A stretch of DNA of 64,000 bases, from assembly GCA_951406725.2 (NCBI GenBank), contig OX597821.1:98084001-98148000 (forward strand), read 5' to 3'. The position numbers and the translations under genes are program-made. The stretch's first letter is position 1; the number at the start of each line of letters is the position of its first letter. Under the pieces are notes generated by a model. It had not been told where the DNA came from, did not search any database, and worked only from the letters and a program-made list of their open reading frames with translations. Below, piece after piece: positions 39,162 to 52,025 of this stretch. Source of the DNA: Octopus vulgaris. Taxonomy: Eukaryota.

Positions 39162-39381
39162 TATTTAGCCCCACAAGGGGCTAAACACAGAGGGGACAAA
39201 CAAGGACAGACAAAGGGATTAAGTCGATTACATCGACCCCAGTGCATAACTGGTACTTAATTTATCGACCCCGAAAGGATGAAAGGCAAAGCTGACCTCG
39301 GTGGAATTTGAACTCGGAACGTAACGACAGACGAAATATGGCTACGCATTTCGCCCAGCGTGCTAACGTTTCTGCCAGCTC
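39162..39381 (-). mobile_element. Young SINE type C with 16-bp target-site duplication
   Basis: accataattatacata occurs at 39146-39161 and 39382-39397. The body is the reverse complement of 61728-61930. Confidence 0.92.
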
Positions 39382-40329
39382 ACCATAATTATACATAACC
39401 TCACAACCATCCAATACGTGTACTCCCAAAATTATGTATCCTTGTTTGACACATGCTCACCTTCATTTGCTGAATTGATTGTTGGAGTGCCCATTTTCTC
39501 AGAAAGAAACATGTTTACATTTATTATCATTGAGTTACTAAGCAAAACAGGTATGTATTTGTTATTGTTTTTTTGTTTTTCATTTCAAATCTTTGCCTTT
39601 TTTTAATGGTATACTTGGATACTATGAAAACAAGCTGTATCACTATTCAACCAGTCATATACTGGGATAAGTAGATTGTCTAGGAAATAAAAAATGCCAA
39701 GAAACAATAGGTATATATTCACACAAGTGCATAGCAACACTATATCTTTCTTTCAGTTAGTAGTACAAAATACTTTCAAATACTGACCATATATGGGAGA
39801 TAGATACAATCTTACACACACACACACACACACACAGGTGTATATCAAAGCAATGTCTTTTAGATACTGGTGATGACAGTATGAAAATACATTCAAATAT
39901 TAGCCATATATGTAAACAATTATTTTATTTTATTTACAAATGCTAACTTTATGATTACTTTTGAGTTTAATATTTCTTCTGATTAAGTACTAGAAAAGAG
40001 AAGATATGCATTGCGTTTGAACCCTGTTTTCATGTTTCTTTTATGCAACACCTACATAATAGTTATTCCATCCTATGACAATAAGCAATACTGTTGGTAT
40101 ATGTTTACTTGTAGTAGTGAGCAGCTCAAAATGATAAAAGAATTTCTATTAGTTGACAGTCAATATCTTCCACTTTCACTATCTTCATATTAAAGCAGAA
40201 GAAAAAATAAAATGTTTTACTCTAAGAAGCTTAATTAAAGTTAAATGAAAGCTTGAGGGGAATCAACAAACTTACTGTACAAGTGAATTCATGACCCAGT
40301 CTTCAGTAAAGTTACAACTGTCCCTAACG

Positions 40330-40530
40330 CCGTGGTTTTCAACCAGGGTTCCGCCAGTACAGTCCAGGGGTTCCGCAAGAAGTTACAAAACTGCTAAAAT
40401 CGGCAGTAATTTTTAATTCTCCTGTGCAGATATGTGTGCAAAAGACTATTAAATTATTGCACAGGGGTTCCTTGAGCCAGTGGAATGTTTCCTCGGGGTT
40501 CTGCTCCAGCAAAAAGTTTGAAAAGCACTG
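40330..40530. mobile_element. hAT (Charlie-type) MITE with 8-bp TSD
   Basis: CCCTAACG|ccgtggttttcaa...ttgaaaagcactg|CCCTAACG. Confidence 0.92.
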
Positions 40531-42165
40531 CCCTAACGTATGCCTACCACATTGGTTAGAAAGATGCAAGGGATGTTCTAAAGAAACCAAATGTTCCATT
40601 TGAGTGCAAACTCTACAAGTGGCTTTCAAGAACCAGGCAGAGTCACATTATGCCTAGCTAATAATAAAATAGAATTTCATTGGAGGTTTCATAGTTTTAT
40701 TACTGTAGAGAAGGGGACCAATAGTTTTACACTAAATGATTAGTATCAGTGGGAATAGTTCATTTGGTAGTTCCACTTCAAGCATTAGAAGTTATTGTTT
40801 TAAGGTTATAAATATATGGACAGGGAAGCAATTCTAGAAATTATGTGGATTAGTTTGGTTGAAGTTAAGGTAATACAGAATTGTATCAACTATCATCAAC
40901 TAAGTGAAGGATGCAGTATTGGAGTGGTTATCAGAAATTGCCAGTACTGGTGATGGTGAAAAGTATAGTGAATATGGGTGTGAAGTCTTGAATAAAGGAG
41001 ATCAGTGGAGTTTTCTGAAAAGCGGGGGAGGTAAGTTGCTAAGTTCCTACTGACAGACATCTTAAATTTTTCTGTTCATGGAGAATATGCAGACTCAACA
41101 GGAAGGTAATCAGGTTGCATATAGTTGTTGGTATTTAATCTAAAATCAGCTCTAAATCAACAGCTTCATATACTCAAAGTAGCCATAACCACACTTTTTC
41201 CCAGGCAGTGTATTTGGGATTACATTATTCAATTTATCCTTCTTATTTAAACTTATTTTTAGTTAGTAGGGTCTGATTTAAGGGAGATTTCACAGATATG
41301 TTTAGCAGTTCAAGAAAGCACACAAAGGCTCCTTTTATTGGTTCATAAAACAATGAAGCTGAATTCTGTATGTAATACAGAACTAAACAGATCAATTTAC
41401 TTCTCGTGTGTCATTTATACCCTTGGGAAAGAAAAACTTTAACATTGCACAACTTCATTAATTCCCTTGTGATTAAAGAAATCAGTGTGTCATATTTTAC
41501 ACAATTCACATGAGGAAATATTTAAAGCAACATTAACAACAATAATTAAGGATATTTTAATTTTTCCTTTTGAATAATACAAACAACGAAACTGATTTAA
41601 TGGCTTCTGAACAATGCTTTTGGGAAAGAAAGGGGAAAGTCTTTCATTGTTGTAGTCATCTATTTTTCATGCTTGTATGAGTGAGACAAAAATAACTGTT
41701 CCCACAAAATTTTTGAATGACTTTCCTACTGATGATCACTCAACCTTGACAGAGAAATGGTGACTTTGATCAGTCAAGCAAACTCAAAGAAGGATGTTGT
41801 TTCTTGCTCGAGGATATAAAAGTAGTGTCCATAACAAGGTTTCAACACACAACTATGTGGTTAGATATCCATCAAGTTAACATACAACCACTGTGTAAAA
41901 AGGTGTTAACCTATTAACCAAAAAGACTATCTGTATTTACTGTATTTACCAGCGCATTGGATGCACCCTCTCACATAAGATACACCCCTAGTTTACAAGG
42001 ATATTTTGTGGAAAAAAACAATTTTAGTAGGTTTCATCATACATTTATTGAAAGATATTTTAAAGTGGTTTTGTAGGGAAAATTGTATGAAATACAATAT
42101 TGTGACAGTATACTGGAATAAAGTATAAAATCATATGTAGCTTTACTCTCACCTTTAAAGGAAAC

Positions 42166-42690
42166 ATCATCATCATCATCATTTAACGTCCGCTTTCCAT
42201 GCTAGCATAGGTTGGACGATTTAACTGAGGTCTGGCAAACCAGATGGCTGCACCAGGCTCCAATCTGATCTGGCAGAGTTTCTACAGCTTGATGCCCTTC
42301 CTAACGCCAACCACTCCGAGAGTGTAGTGGGTGCTTTTACGTGCCACTGGCACGAGGGCCAGTCTGGCGGTACTGGCAACAGCCATGCTCAAACAATGCT
42401 TTTTACGTGCCACCTGCACAGGAGTCAGTCCAGCGATACTGGCAACAACCTCGCTCAAATGTTTTGTTCACGTGCCAGTAAGGCAACGCAGGTAACAATC
42501 ACGCTCAAATGTGCTTTTTACGTGCCACCAGCACAGAAGCCAGACAGCTACTCTGGCAGTGAACCCGCTCAAACGAAACTGTTAGCGCTCCACTGGCACG
42601 GGTGCCAATCATCGAATTTGGTTCAATTTCGATTTCACTTGCCCCAACAGGTCTTCACAAGCAGAGTTTAGTGTCCAATGAAGGACAAGC
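42166..42690 (-). mobile_element. RTE LINE 3' UTR fragment with tandem units
   Basis: (CAT)n, then the reverse complement of the RTE tail, with repeated gtgcttttacgtgccac units. Confidence 0.88.
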
Positions 42691-43579
42691 CTTCTAATAT
42701 CTTGCTCCCTCTCTCTCCTATTCCCCTTCAAGGTCACCTGAGCAGATGTACACACCTTAAGCTCCTGAGTACTCACTACACTTACACTCTGATTTCGCCC
42801 CCTCTCAACTACCAAATTCTGGCCTTTCTGTTGTCATTACTCTCTATTGTATTTCATTCCTTGGTCTACATGTCACAGGTTACTGAATACTATAATGTTG
42901 GTAGTGCAAGAAAATGTACTCAATATACTTTGTAGAATGGTTGATGATAGAAAAGTCACTTAGCTGAAGAAACCATGCTAAACGATAAGTACTGCTTTTA
43001 GAAGCAGTAGCTCTCAGTAAGAAATGACTTCGACTCTGACATCCCATCTAACCCATACCAGTATAGAAAGCAGATGATAATGTATGCAGAGTATTTACCC
43101 CAGTCACAAAACCTTATCCACCAAGTCACTTTCTGAATAGCAAATCTTGTAAAGTGGTCGGACAATAAGCTCCCACCACAAGGCATAAGAAAACTAACCA
43201 TCAGCTTTAGTGTGTTGCTTTCTAGGTTTGTACCTTAACAAACGAAATAAATCTTTTCCACAAGAAATATAAATCAGTTTAAAAGGATACAAATCAGTAG
43301 AATAAACAATGTGCTCTTTTTTAACAATCTTATCAGTCTATCAAAAACATTTATCATAATATTACACACCATCACTTAAAACTATCTTCCATAAAATACA
43401 TAATCTCATGATATTGAGTCAGATGTAATACTGAAACCTATTTTCAAAAATAGACAGCCCTCAAATAAAATTTAAAACAAAATACTTACAGAAGAAACTT
43501 TCAGCTAAATCGTATCATCAAACATGCAGAATTATGCCATTGCAGAAAACTAAAGAGGCAAACGGTCCATAAAATATTG

Positions 43580-43791
43580 GCTTCAAATTTTGGCACAAGG
43601 CCAGCAATTTGAGGGGAGGGATGGTAAGTCGATTACATTGACCCCAGTGCACAATTGATGCTTGTTTTGTTGAATCTGGAAGGATGAAAGGCCAAGTCAA
43701 CCTTGGTGCAATTTGAACTCACTATGTAAAGACATGAAATGCTGCTAAGCATTTTGCCTGACATGCTAACAATTCTGCCAGCTCACCACTT
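43580..43791 (-). mobile_element. SINE type C
   Basis: Reverse complement of the type C consensus, flanked by cataaaatatt direct repeats. Confidence 0.82.
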
Positions 43792-45744
43792 AAACATCTC
43801 ATAAAATATTAAAAACACAAACATGCCATTAAATGTGAAAAATGTTTAAAATCTCTGCACCCTATAAGTATTTAAATCAGCAAATGCTAAGTATGTCAAT
43901 ACCAAATGTTGCCAGGTTCTTTGGTAGAAGGAAACACCCAAATCCAAATCACCCATCACATTTTCCCAGTTTCATCATTCCAATATTTTTTACAAAAATA
44001 CCAACATACATCCATATCAACATGTTCAGTGCAATAGACTTATCACTTAGTACTACATCTATATGTGATTATTTAAAGACAGCTAGGCTTGAAAACCTTT
44101 GAGGCAAGCTGTAACTCACTCGAATGACTACTGAAGGAGGGAACGGGGATAAAATGACCTGAAGAAACTCTAAGGTGTAATGGAAGAAAGCTTTGGAGAG
44201 ACTTCACACATTATTACCAGGAATGACACCTAAGTGAATACAAAAGGAATATTTGATGATTACTGATGTTAATCTTATTTGAAAAGCCCAGAATATAGAA
44301 ATCTGACCTCAACACTTCTTCAGCCACAACCACCTTCACACTGACAGTAAAGAACACTTGCTTTTCAAATAACTCATTTTCAAATACATCATACACCCAT
44401 GGCAGTACAGTAGTCATTTCTCTTGCATACATAAGTTGATAGCAATTTAATGTTCAGTCACTCTTCAATGTACATTGCCTTTTTGTGCAGGTTAATACTG
44501 AACTTATTTCCAACATCATTTTTCAACTCATTTCTTTCTAACATTCATAAAACTTTCACCTTTGATACTCACAATCATGGTACATCCGGCACATGCTTCA
44601 TTGGCTTACTTTTTGCATAGAGAAATCCCAGTTGCTAAGAGGTACCAGTTCCTTGGACTTCTTCCACTCATAAATTACTCAAGCAACAATGAAACTATAG
44701 CTACTTCCTACTCTAATAATAAATACCCATCTATCTATAAAAAAAAGTCATGAAGAATAGAGCAATTTTACCAGAACAACTGAAGGGTGTGAACAGTGTA
44801 ATTTCAGGAAGAGTTGACTGCTATTTCTAGCAGGTTTGAGTAACTGTATAAAGGCTCCCTTGGTTGACTTAAACATGAGTTATGATACAGTCTATTTTCT
44901 AGTTAACTCCCAACAATCCAACAGGTTAGGAGACTTTCATATACAAGACAAAAAAAAAGACAATTGATAGTAATATAGATATATTGATTATTATAATGTG
45001 AAAAGGAAGAAAGTAGTGTGAAGTACAAGACAAAACTGCAGGAAATACTTGATATCTTTGGTAGACTGCAAACAAAAAATTGATAGAAACTAGACAGGTT
45101 CCTCGCAATAACTCCAAGCTGATGCAATTTGTAAAATAAAGATTATGAGAAACAAATGAAAAAGTAGATAAACATTATTTATCATGAATATTGCTTTTGG
45201 CAACAAGCTATATATGTGTGTGTGTGTGTGTGTGTATATACACACTTTTTTTTTTTTTAAAGAATATCATGAACAAAGTTTTAACAGTACTGTATTATAG
45301 ATATATACATAAACCAGTGTATGCATGCATCATAAAATTAGAAAATATTCAGAAAGAGCTGATAAAGTTTGGTTATTTTAATGAAGATAAGTTTTGGTAA
45401 AAGAAGTCTGAAATTCTTCTATTACATCACGTGAGTGAAATCCATTGACAGCTCAACTGAAAAGAGATTCTCAGAGGATATCAAACTGCATCCAGATAAA
45501 TTGATATTCCAAAAGGCTGAATCATCCACAATCATCCTCTCTTCTCTTCCTCACTTTTTTACTTGAACTTCATCTTTCAAACCTATTCCAAACTCCTGTG
45601 ATTTGCTTAAGTAAAGGGTTTGTTCTGTCAGGAAGATTTTTTTTTAATTGCCAACAATGAAAACAAAACTTTCATTCTAGATGACAAAAAACAAGAAGTT
45701 ATATAAAACCTTTACTTGGCTGAGAGAGTTGACTTCCTATCATT

Positions 45745-46058
45745 AGCAAGGCACGTAAAAATGCACCATCCGATTGTGGCCATTGCCAGCCTCGTCTGGC
45801 CCTCATGCCGGTAGCACATAAAAAGCACCATCCAATCGTAGCCGTTTGCCAGCTCCGTCTGGCACCTGTGCAGGTGGCACGTAAAAAGCACCCACTACAC
45901 TCACGGAGTGGTTGGCATTAGGAAGGGCATCCAGCCGTAGAAACACTGCCAGATCAGACTGGGCCTGGCGCAGCCTTCTGGCTTCCCAGACCCCAGTTGA
46001 ACCGTCCAACCCATGCTAGCATGGAAAATGGACGTTAAACGATGATGATCATGATGAT
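45745..46058 (+). mobile_element. Young RTE LINE 3' UTR fragment
   Basis: gcacgtaaaaagcacc units, tail ccgtccaacccatgctagcatggaaaatggacgttaaac(gat)n. Confidence 0.88.
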
Positions 46059-47187
46059 CTTAAAAATGGCACAAAGTAGAAGAAAACTTCTTATAATCAC
46101 AACACTTAAACCACAATTAAAGGAAGGTCTGAAAGAGTATTAACATATTACTAGGAATGTGCATGTGCAAATTTGAAAACCTTGTCTATAAGCTAATGTA
46201 TGTACATTCACTTCCCTTCCCTCCCCACCGGTTCTGTTTCTAGAAATTCCCAAGTAGTACACTCAACTCATGGAAGGAATGGTAGTGTCATATGTCAGAT
46301 CTGTTTCTTCTCTATCCATTATCCTGACTATCTCACTTTCTAAGGTTTAAACAAAACATTTTGCATAAACCTTCCCCACTAAAACAATACCTCTCTATAA
46401 TCTTGCCACTACACTTTTTCTATAAATATTCTAGCTGAACACCAATAGCAACGAGAGCTTTTGAAATTTCCCACCTCACTTTTGACTTAAAAATAAAATT
46501 TTAAAAAGTGGGGTGGAAACTATAGCCATCTCCACTTAAGCAATGAAATATGACAATTTAATACATGTTTCAAGTTAAAAGTAGGCAATCAGAGTGTTAA
46601 GAGCTGATGGGACTTAAGTTTCCAGTGCAATACAACTCATTGTCCAGTGTCAAATATAGTACAAAATTTATGATTTCCCTCTGCTCAGACATGGAATTTT
46701 GTGCAGATCTGATAAGTGGTCAAATCTCTGAAGTAACTATAAGAATAGTGCCTGTTCTTAAAAACCATTTTACTTAGAACAGAGTTAACATGTGATAATG
46801 CTTCTTCTGACTGACATCCACATCATGTGAGACCATTAACTGGTCAGTCTGAGTCATGAAACCACATAAATTCTATAAGCTATTTGAAACCTAACACTTT
46901 AATACTTTTCAAAGTCACGTTGCCATTATTATGTACAATCTAATCCACTTGATCCATTTCTTCAACAGTTTCGTGCACTCTTTCTTGTTTTGTTTTTCCT
47001 TCATTCTGCTAAGCAAAGTAAGCTGGAAATAAATAGATCCTAATATATTTTTAAAACTGACAATTTGTAGTAAATCACCACCTGTAGAGATTCAATGACT
47101 GAAACATTTTTTACAGTGTATAAGTAACTTTGTCGCTTGCTTAGAACCAGAGACTGAGATGTGGTCACTGAAGAACCAATTACAGAG

Positions 47188-47373
47188 ATCATGTGAACCA
47201 GATTTCATTGCCACAATTGGAAATTTCTTTTGAATATAGTCTGGGTCAAATGACAAAGATGCACAAACATGAGTGCACACATCATGTGAACCAGATTTCA
47301 TTGCCACAATTGGAAATTTCTTTTGAATATAGTCTGGGTCAAATGACAAAGATGCACAAACATGAGTGCACAC
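47188..47373. repeat. Exact 93-bp tandem duplication
   Basis: 47188-47280 and 47281-47373 read identical. Confidence 0.93.
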
Positions 47374-47508
47374 ACATATCCACATATATATACATACACA
47401 CAAGTGCATGTACACACTCACTCACACACACATATATGAGAACATCTATGCACATATACACATACTGCACATCTGGCTTTTTATGTGTCTCCACAGCTTG
47501 CCTATTTA

Positions 47509-48295
47509 TGAGGATCAGCTGAAAAGTTCATAAGTTAACCAAGACACTCTCATCAAATGTGACCAAATGAGGTTTATTTTCAACAAAGTCTCTGTTGCAG
47601 TCCACATACTTCTTACATTGGTGTTGCAGTGTTTGGACCCCATTGGTGAAGAAGCTTTCAACTTGTTGGTCAAAAAAGTCAACAGCAGATATGACATCAT
47701 CATCACTGCAATACTGGTTCCCAGCAAGTATTTTTTCATGTCGGGGAACAGATAAATCCAAACGATAAGAAGGAGGATCAATCAATTCAAAGCCAGTCAC
47801 ACACAGCAACCATTGAAACCAAGGACTTGTGTGCTGGAGCATCGTCCTAATGAAATAAGACCCCTTTTGACAATTTTCATGGGTGTTTGGTCTTGTAACT
47901 CCCTCAGCAAGTTGGCATAGTATTCTCCATTGATAGTGTGCTCTTTCTGAAGATAGTCAATAACCACAATACCTTTTGCATCCCAAGAACCTGAGGTCAT
48001 CACCCTCCCTGCAGATGGAACAACCTTGGCCTTCTTTGGAGCTGGTGAGGAAGGAGGTTTCCTCTCCATGGATTGTCTCTATGTCTTTGGCTCAAAGTGA
48101 TAAACACAATACTCAACCTGGGTTACGAAATATTTAAAGATACCTGCTGGATCTGCCTCAAACAATGTGAGATTTTTCAATGATTTACTAAACCTGGTGC
48201 ACTTTTGTTTAGGTGTCTGAAGACATGGCATCCAACAAGCAGCAATCTACTTTATACCATGAATATTCTCACATCTTTCACAAGATATGCTATCA
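47509..48295 (-). mobile_element. Mariner 3' two-thirds (irritans/Hsmar2-like), truncated at a LINE
   Basis: TIR TA|tgaggatcagctgaaaagttc. Minus translation ACWMPCLQTPKQK...PKKAKVVPSAGRVMTSGSWDAKGIVVIDYLQKEHTINGEYYANLL...KYVDCNRDFVE. Confidence 0.88.
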
Positions 48296-49135
48296 GCATG
48301 CAAAACAAAATGCAATACCCAATAAATACACTGGACCTGGAGGGATTGCAATCCCAGAGGCACAGTCAGTGCAAGACCTGGGTATTTACATGAGTAATGA
48401 TGCAACCTTTCATGTGCATGTTGCTAAATTGGCAATGAAATGTAGGCAGCTGACCGGATGGATTCTTAGAACCTTTAGAACAAGAGACCAGGAAACCATG
48501 ATGGTCCTCTGGAGGACACTTGTCCTAAGCCACTTTGACTATTGGTCTCAGCTATGGTCACCATCCAGTGTCCAGTTAATCACAGAACTTGAGGCGATCC
48601 AACGAAGCTACACGAAGAAGATAGCCTGTGTGCAGCATATAAGCTATTGGGAAAGACTGAAGAGATTAAGACTCTATTCCTTAGAGTTTAGGCAAGAAAG
48701 ATATGCCATAATATACATCTGGAAGGACTTGTCCCAAACTTTGGCATCGAGAGTTACACAAATACTAAAACTGGGCGCCACTGCACAGTGCCAAGGACTC
48801 CAAATTTGCCATCAAGATGTAGGACAAGATACTGTGATAGTCTGGGCTTCAGAGGTCCACAGCTCTTCAATATCTTCCCGAAGGACCTGAGAGACCTGCA
48901 TGGGGTGGATGCAGATGTCTTTAAAATAAAACTGGATCTCTTCCTGTCAGGTGCCCCAGATGAACCAACTTCATGGCAGGAGGTGCAGATGAGGGCAGCT
49001 GCATCGAACTCTCTCATGCACCAAATGGCAATTGCTAAAAAGCATTCGTGAAGTAAAATCATGTAGCAACACCGAATGGCAGTGCCCCAGCATGGCCATA
49101 GCTCATGAGCTGAAACTAGATAAAATAAATAAATA
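48290..49135 (+). mobile_element. 5'-truncated CR1/L2-group LINE (ORF2 C-terminus and 3' tail)
   Basis: VQDLGIYMSNDATF...GWILRTFRTRD...DYWSQLWSP...LEAIQRSYTK...YWERLKRLRLYSLEFRQERY...GPQLFNIFP...FKIKLDLFL. Ends gaaactagataaaataaataaat. Confidence 0.92.
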
Positions 49136-50503
49136 TGTATAAATATAAGAAGCAGACAGTACTGTGAAATGAGATTCAATGGGTGGTTCAGATGAGACAG
49201 TCCACTATTCTCATACACAATGACTTCCTAATGTAAAAAAAAATATTTTGTTTAACATGATCCCAACTCTAGTTAAATGAAGGCCTGCATAACAATAATT
49301 AAAAGTGAATCCAAAAATGCAGATTTCGGTGACACAATGATGTTAATAAAAATAATAATGATGATGGTGATAGTGATATTTTGCATTAAAATATTGATAT
49401 CTTACATATTAGTGATGATTTCTAGCATAGACAGAAAGCCACAAATTTGGCAAGACAAAAAAAAGGAGTGCAGTCAATTACATCAATTCTAGTTCTTTGC
49501 CCAAGAAATATAAAATGCAAAGTTGATCCAGCAAGATTTTGAATATTTGTGGTTATTGTCACTGCATGTTGAAATCTTTAAAAAAATTTTTTTTTTAATG
49601 TATCATTATAGATGTAATTTTTGATACTGAATCTGAATTTGCTATTCATTTATTACAGAAAAATTCTGCCAAAATATTACAGGTGTTCAAAATTTGATAG
49701 TTTTTCAGAATTTTCAGCCAATCAGAAACCTGCGTGTTTGCTGCCTCTTCCATCAACTGTCACGGTAGTAAGAAAGAGTGGTGGGGGAGGTACCAGCATG
49801 TCAAAACATTAAACTAACTACAGTAAACAGTGAAAAAACATTAAAAGATTCGCGAGCAAATTAAATATTTAAAAGCAACAGGCGTTGCTAGAAATAACAG
49901 TCAAAACATTACTTAAAACAGACATTTATTAGTTAAAAAACTTAAGAATGAAAGTTTGCAATACACCCTACGATTTTATAAAATAAATTATCTTTCTTAT
50001 ATCTCCTTCTCCACATAAAGTCACAAAGATAAGAGTCAACCATGGAATGGTGTCCCACACCATCATTTGTTTCCACACTTTTAAGATGCCCAGGTACTCT
50101 CAATTTGTTGATTACACTAAATTTGATGGTTGCACTCCTTGTGCACATGTGCAGCATCTTTGGTTACTATGGATACAGAGTTCTTCGCAATCAGCTAAGG
50201 AACACATGGTGCTTCTTTGCTTAATATGCTAACAGAATTTCACGGTGATGTGTTAAATGCTCATTTTCAAGTATACAAAACTTAATCCATATACCAGCAT
50301 TGAAAACAATTGGAACAAAGTTGTAGACAGTGACGATAACCACAAAGATCCTACAAGTCCAACTCTAATAATACTACTTCATAAGGTAGCAGAGCTAAGT
50401 TCAGGTCCTCCAACAGCTATATGCTGAAAACATTAAGCTGTCTCATGCACTCCTGTAGAGAGGTTATCTTCAATAATGACATAATCTGATGGGTTACAAG
50501 TCT

Positions 50504-50659
50504 CGTGGTAAGTAGCTTGGTTACCAACCACATGGTTCTGCGTTCAGTCCCACTGCGTGGTACCTTGGGCAAGTGTCTTCTACTATAGCCTCAGGCCAAC
50601 CAAAGCCTTGTGAGTGGATTTGGTAGACGGAAACTGAAAGAAGCCCATTGTGTATATAT

Positions 50660-50701
<42 letters not shown>

Positions 50702-50912
50702 ATGTATATGTTTGTGTGTCTGTGTTTGTCCCCCAACATCGCTTGACAACCGATGCTGATGTGTTTGCATCCCCGTCACTTAGCGGTTCGGCAAAAGAGA
50801 CCGATAAAACAAGTACTAGGCTTACAAAGAATGAGTCCTGGGGTCGATTTCTTCGACTAAAGGCGGTGCTCCAGCATGGCTGCAGTCAAATGACTGAAAC
50901 AAGTAAAGAGAG
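50504..50912 (+). mobile_element. SINE type A (slightly 5'-truncated)
   Basis: Matches 3098-3543. Confidence 0.92.
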
Positions 50913-51237
50913 TGTTAACAGATGGACTAAATATACATAATCTAAATAATTCTAAGATTGAAGGTGTCATAAGAACTGGGAGCTCAGTACTATTTTCTTT
51001 ACACTAACTAATTAGGAGGTAATCTACAGGAGAGAATGTTAATATATGACAGGTAATATTCTTGAAACTTTTTGGCAACTATTCCCAAGTGAAACATATG
51101 GAATTACTTCATTGCTTCACATAATATGGAATACTTATAGTGTATGTGAACTGAAAACTTAAAGAGTCAATGGTTTCATACTACATCCACTTAGCTATTG
51201 TAAATCAAAGAAGGAGCTCATTCAGTTAGTTGAGCAG

Positions 51238-51650
51238 CTCTTTTACTCTTTTACTCTTTTACTTGTTTCAGTCATTTGACTGTGGCCATGCTGGAGCACC
51301 TCTTTTAGTCGAGCAAATTGACCCCGGGACTTATTCTTTGTAAGCCCAGTACTTATTCTATCGGTCTCTTTTGCAGAACCGCTAAGTGACGGGGACGTAA
51401 ACACACCAGCATCGGTTGTCAAGCAATGCTAGGAGGACAAACACAACACACAAACAAATACACACACACTTATATATATATATATATATACATATATACG
51501 ACAGGCTTCTTTCAGTTTCCGTCTAGCAAATCCACTCACAAGGCATTGGTCGACCCGGGGCTATAGCAGAAGACATTTGCCCAAGATGCCACGCAGTGGG
51601 ACTGAACCCGGAACCATGTGGTTGGTTAGCAAGCTACTTACCACACAGCC
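51238..51650 (-). mobile_element. SINE type A
   Basis: Reverse complement of type A. Confidence 0.92.
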
Positions 51651-51817
51651 TATTCTTCACATCATAGCCTACTGCCTTCAGAAAGAATGCATTAGATAAT
51701 GTGGTTCCAGATACACTATGTCTGAACAAAAGGGAGAAATTCATGGCTAGAATACAGTCATACAACAAGCATAGAGAATGATGAACATCGTCAAATAGTT
51801 ATATTCAGCATAACAAT

Positions 51818-52025
51818 ATGGCAGAAACGTTAGCATGCTGGGTGAAATGCTTATCGGTATTTCTTCTCTCTTTATATGTTCTGAGTTCAAATTCCGCCGA
51901 GGTCAACTTTGCCTTTCATCCTTTAGGGGTCGATAAATTAAGTGCCAGTTGTGTACTGGGATTGATCTAATCAACTGGCCCCCTTCCCCAAATTTCAGGT
52001 CTTGTGCCTAGAGTAGAAAAGAATA
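51818..52025 (+). mobile_element. SINE type C
   Basis: tggcagaaacgttagc...gttcaaattccgccgaggtcaactttgcctttcatcctttaggggtcgataaattaag. Confidence 0.88.

Noticed and set aside
39503-39550. Plus-strand 48-nt exon-like segment
   Set aside because: No partner exons or recognisable protein. Such sites arise by chance in 64 kb.
43490-43549. Possible upstream exon with gtaagt donor
   Set aside because: Stops in all frames and no signal-peptide-like sequence. It could only be non-coding, and nothing supports that.
48213-49051. 225-aa ORF, the longest in the window, as a host gene
   Set aside because: It is a chimera of antisense mariner sequence and a frameshifted LINE ORF2 C-terminus.
49700-49900. 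CCAAT-containing, slightly CpG-richer segment as the gene promoter
   Set aside because: No adjacent first exon was identified, and the motif alone is not evidence.
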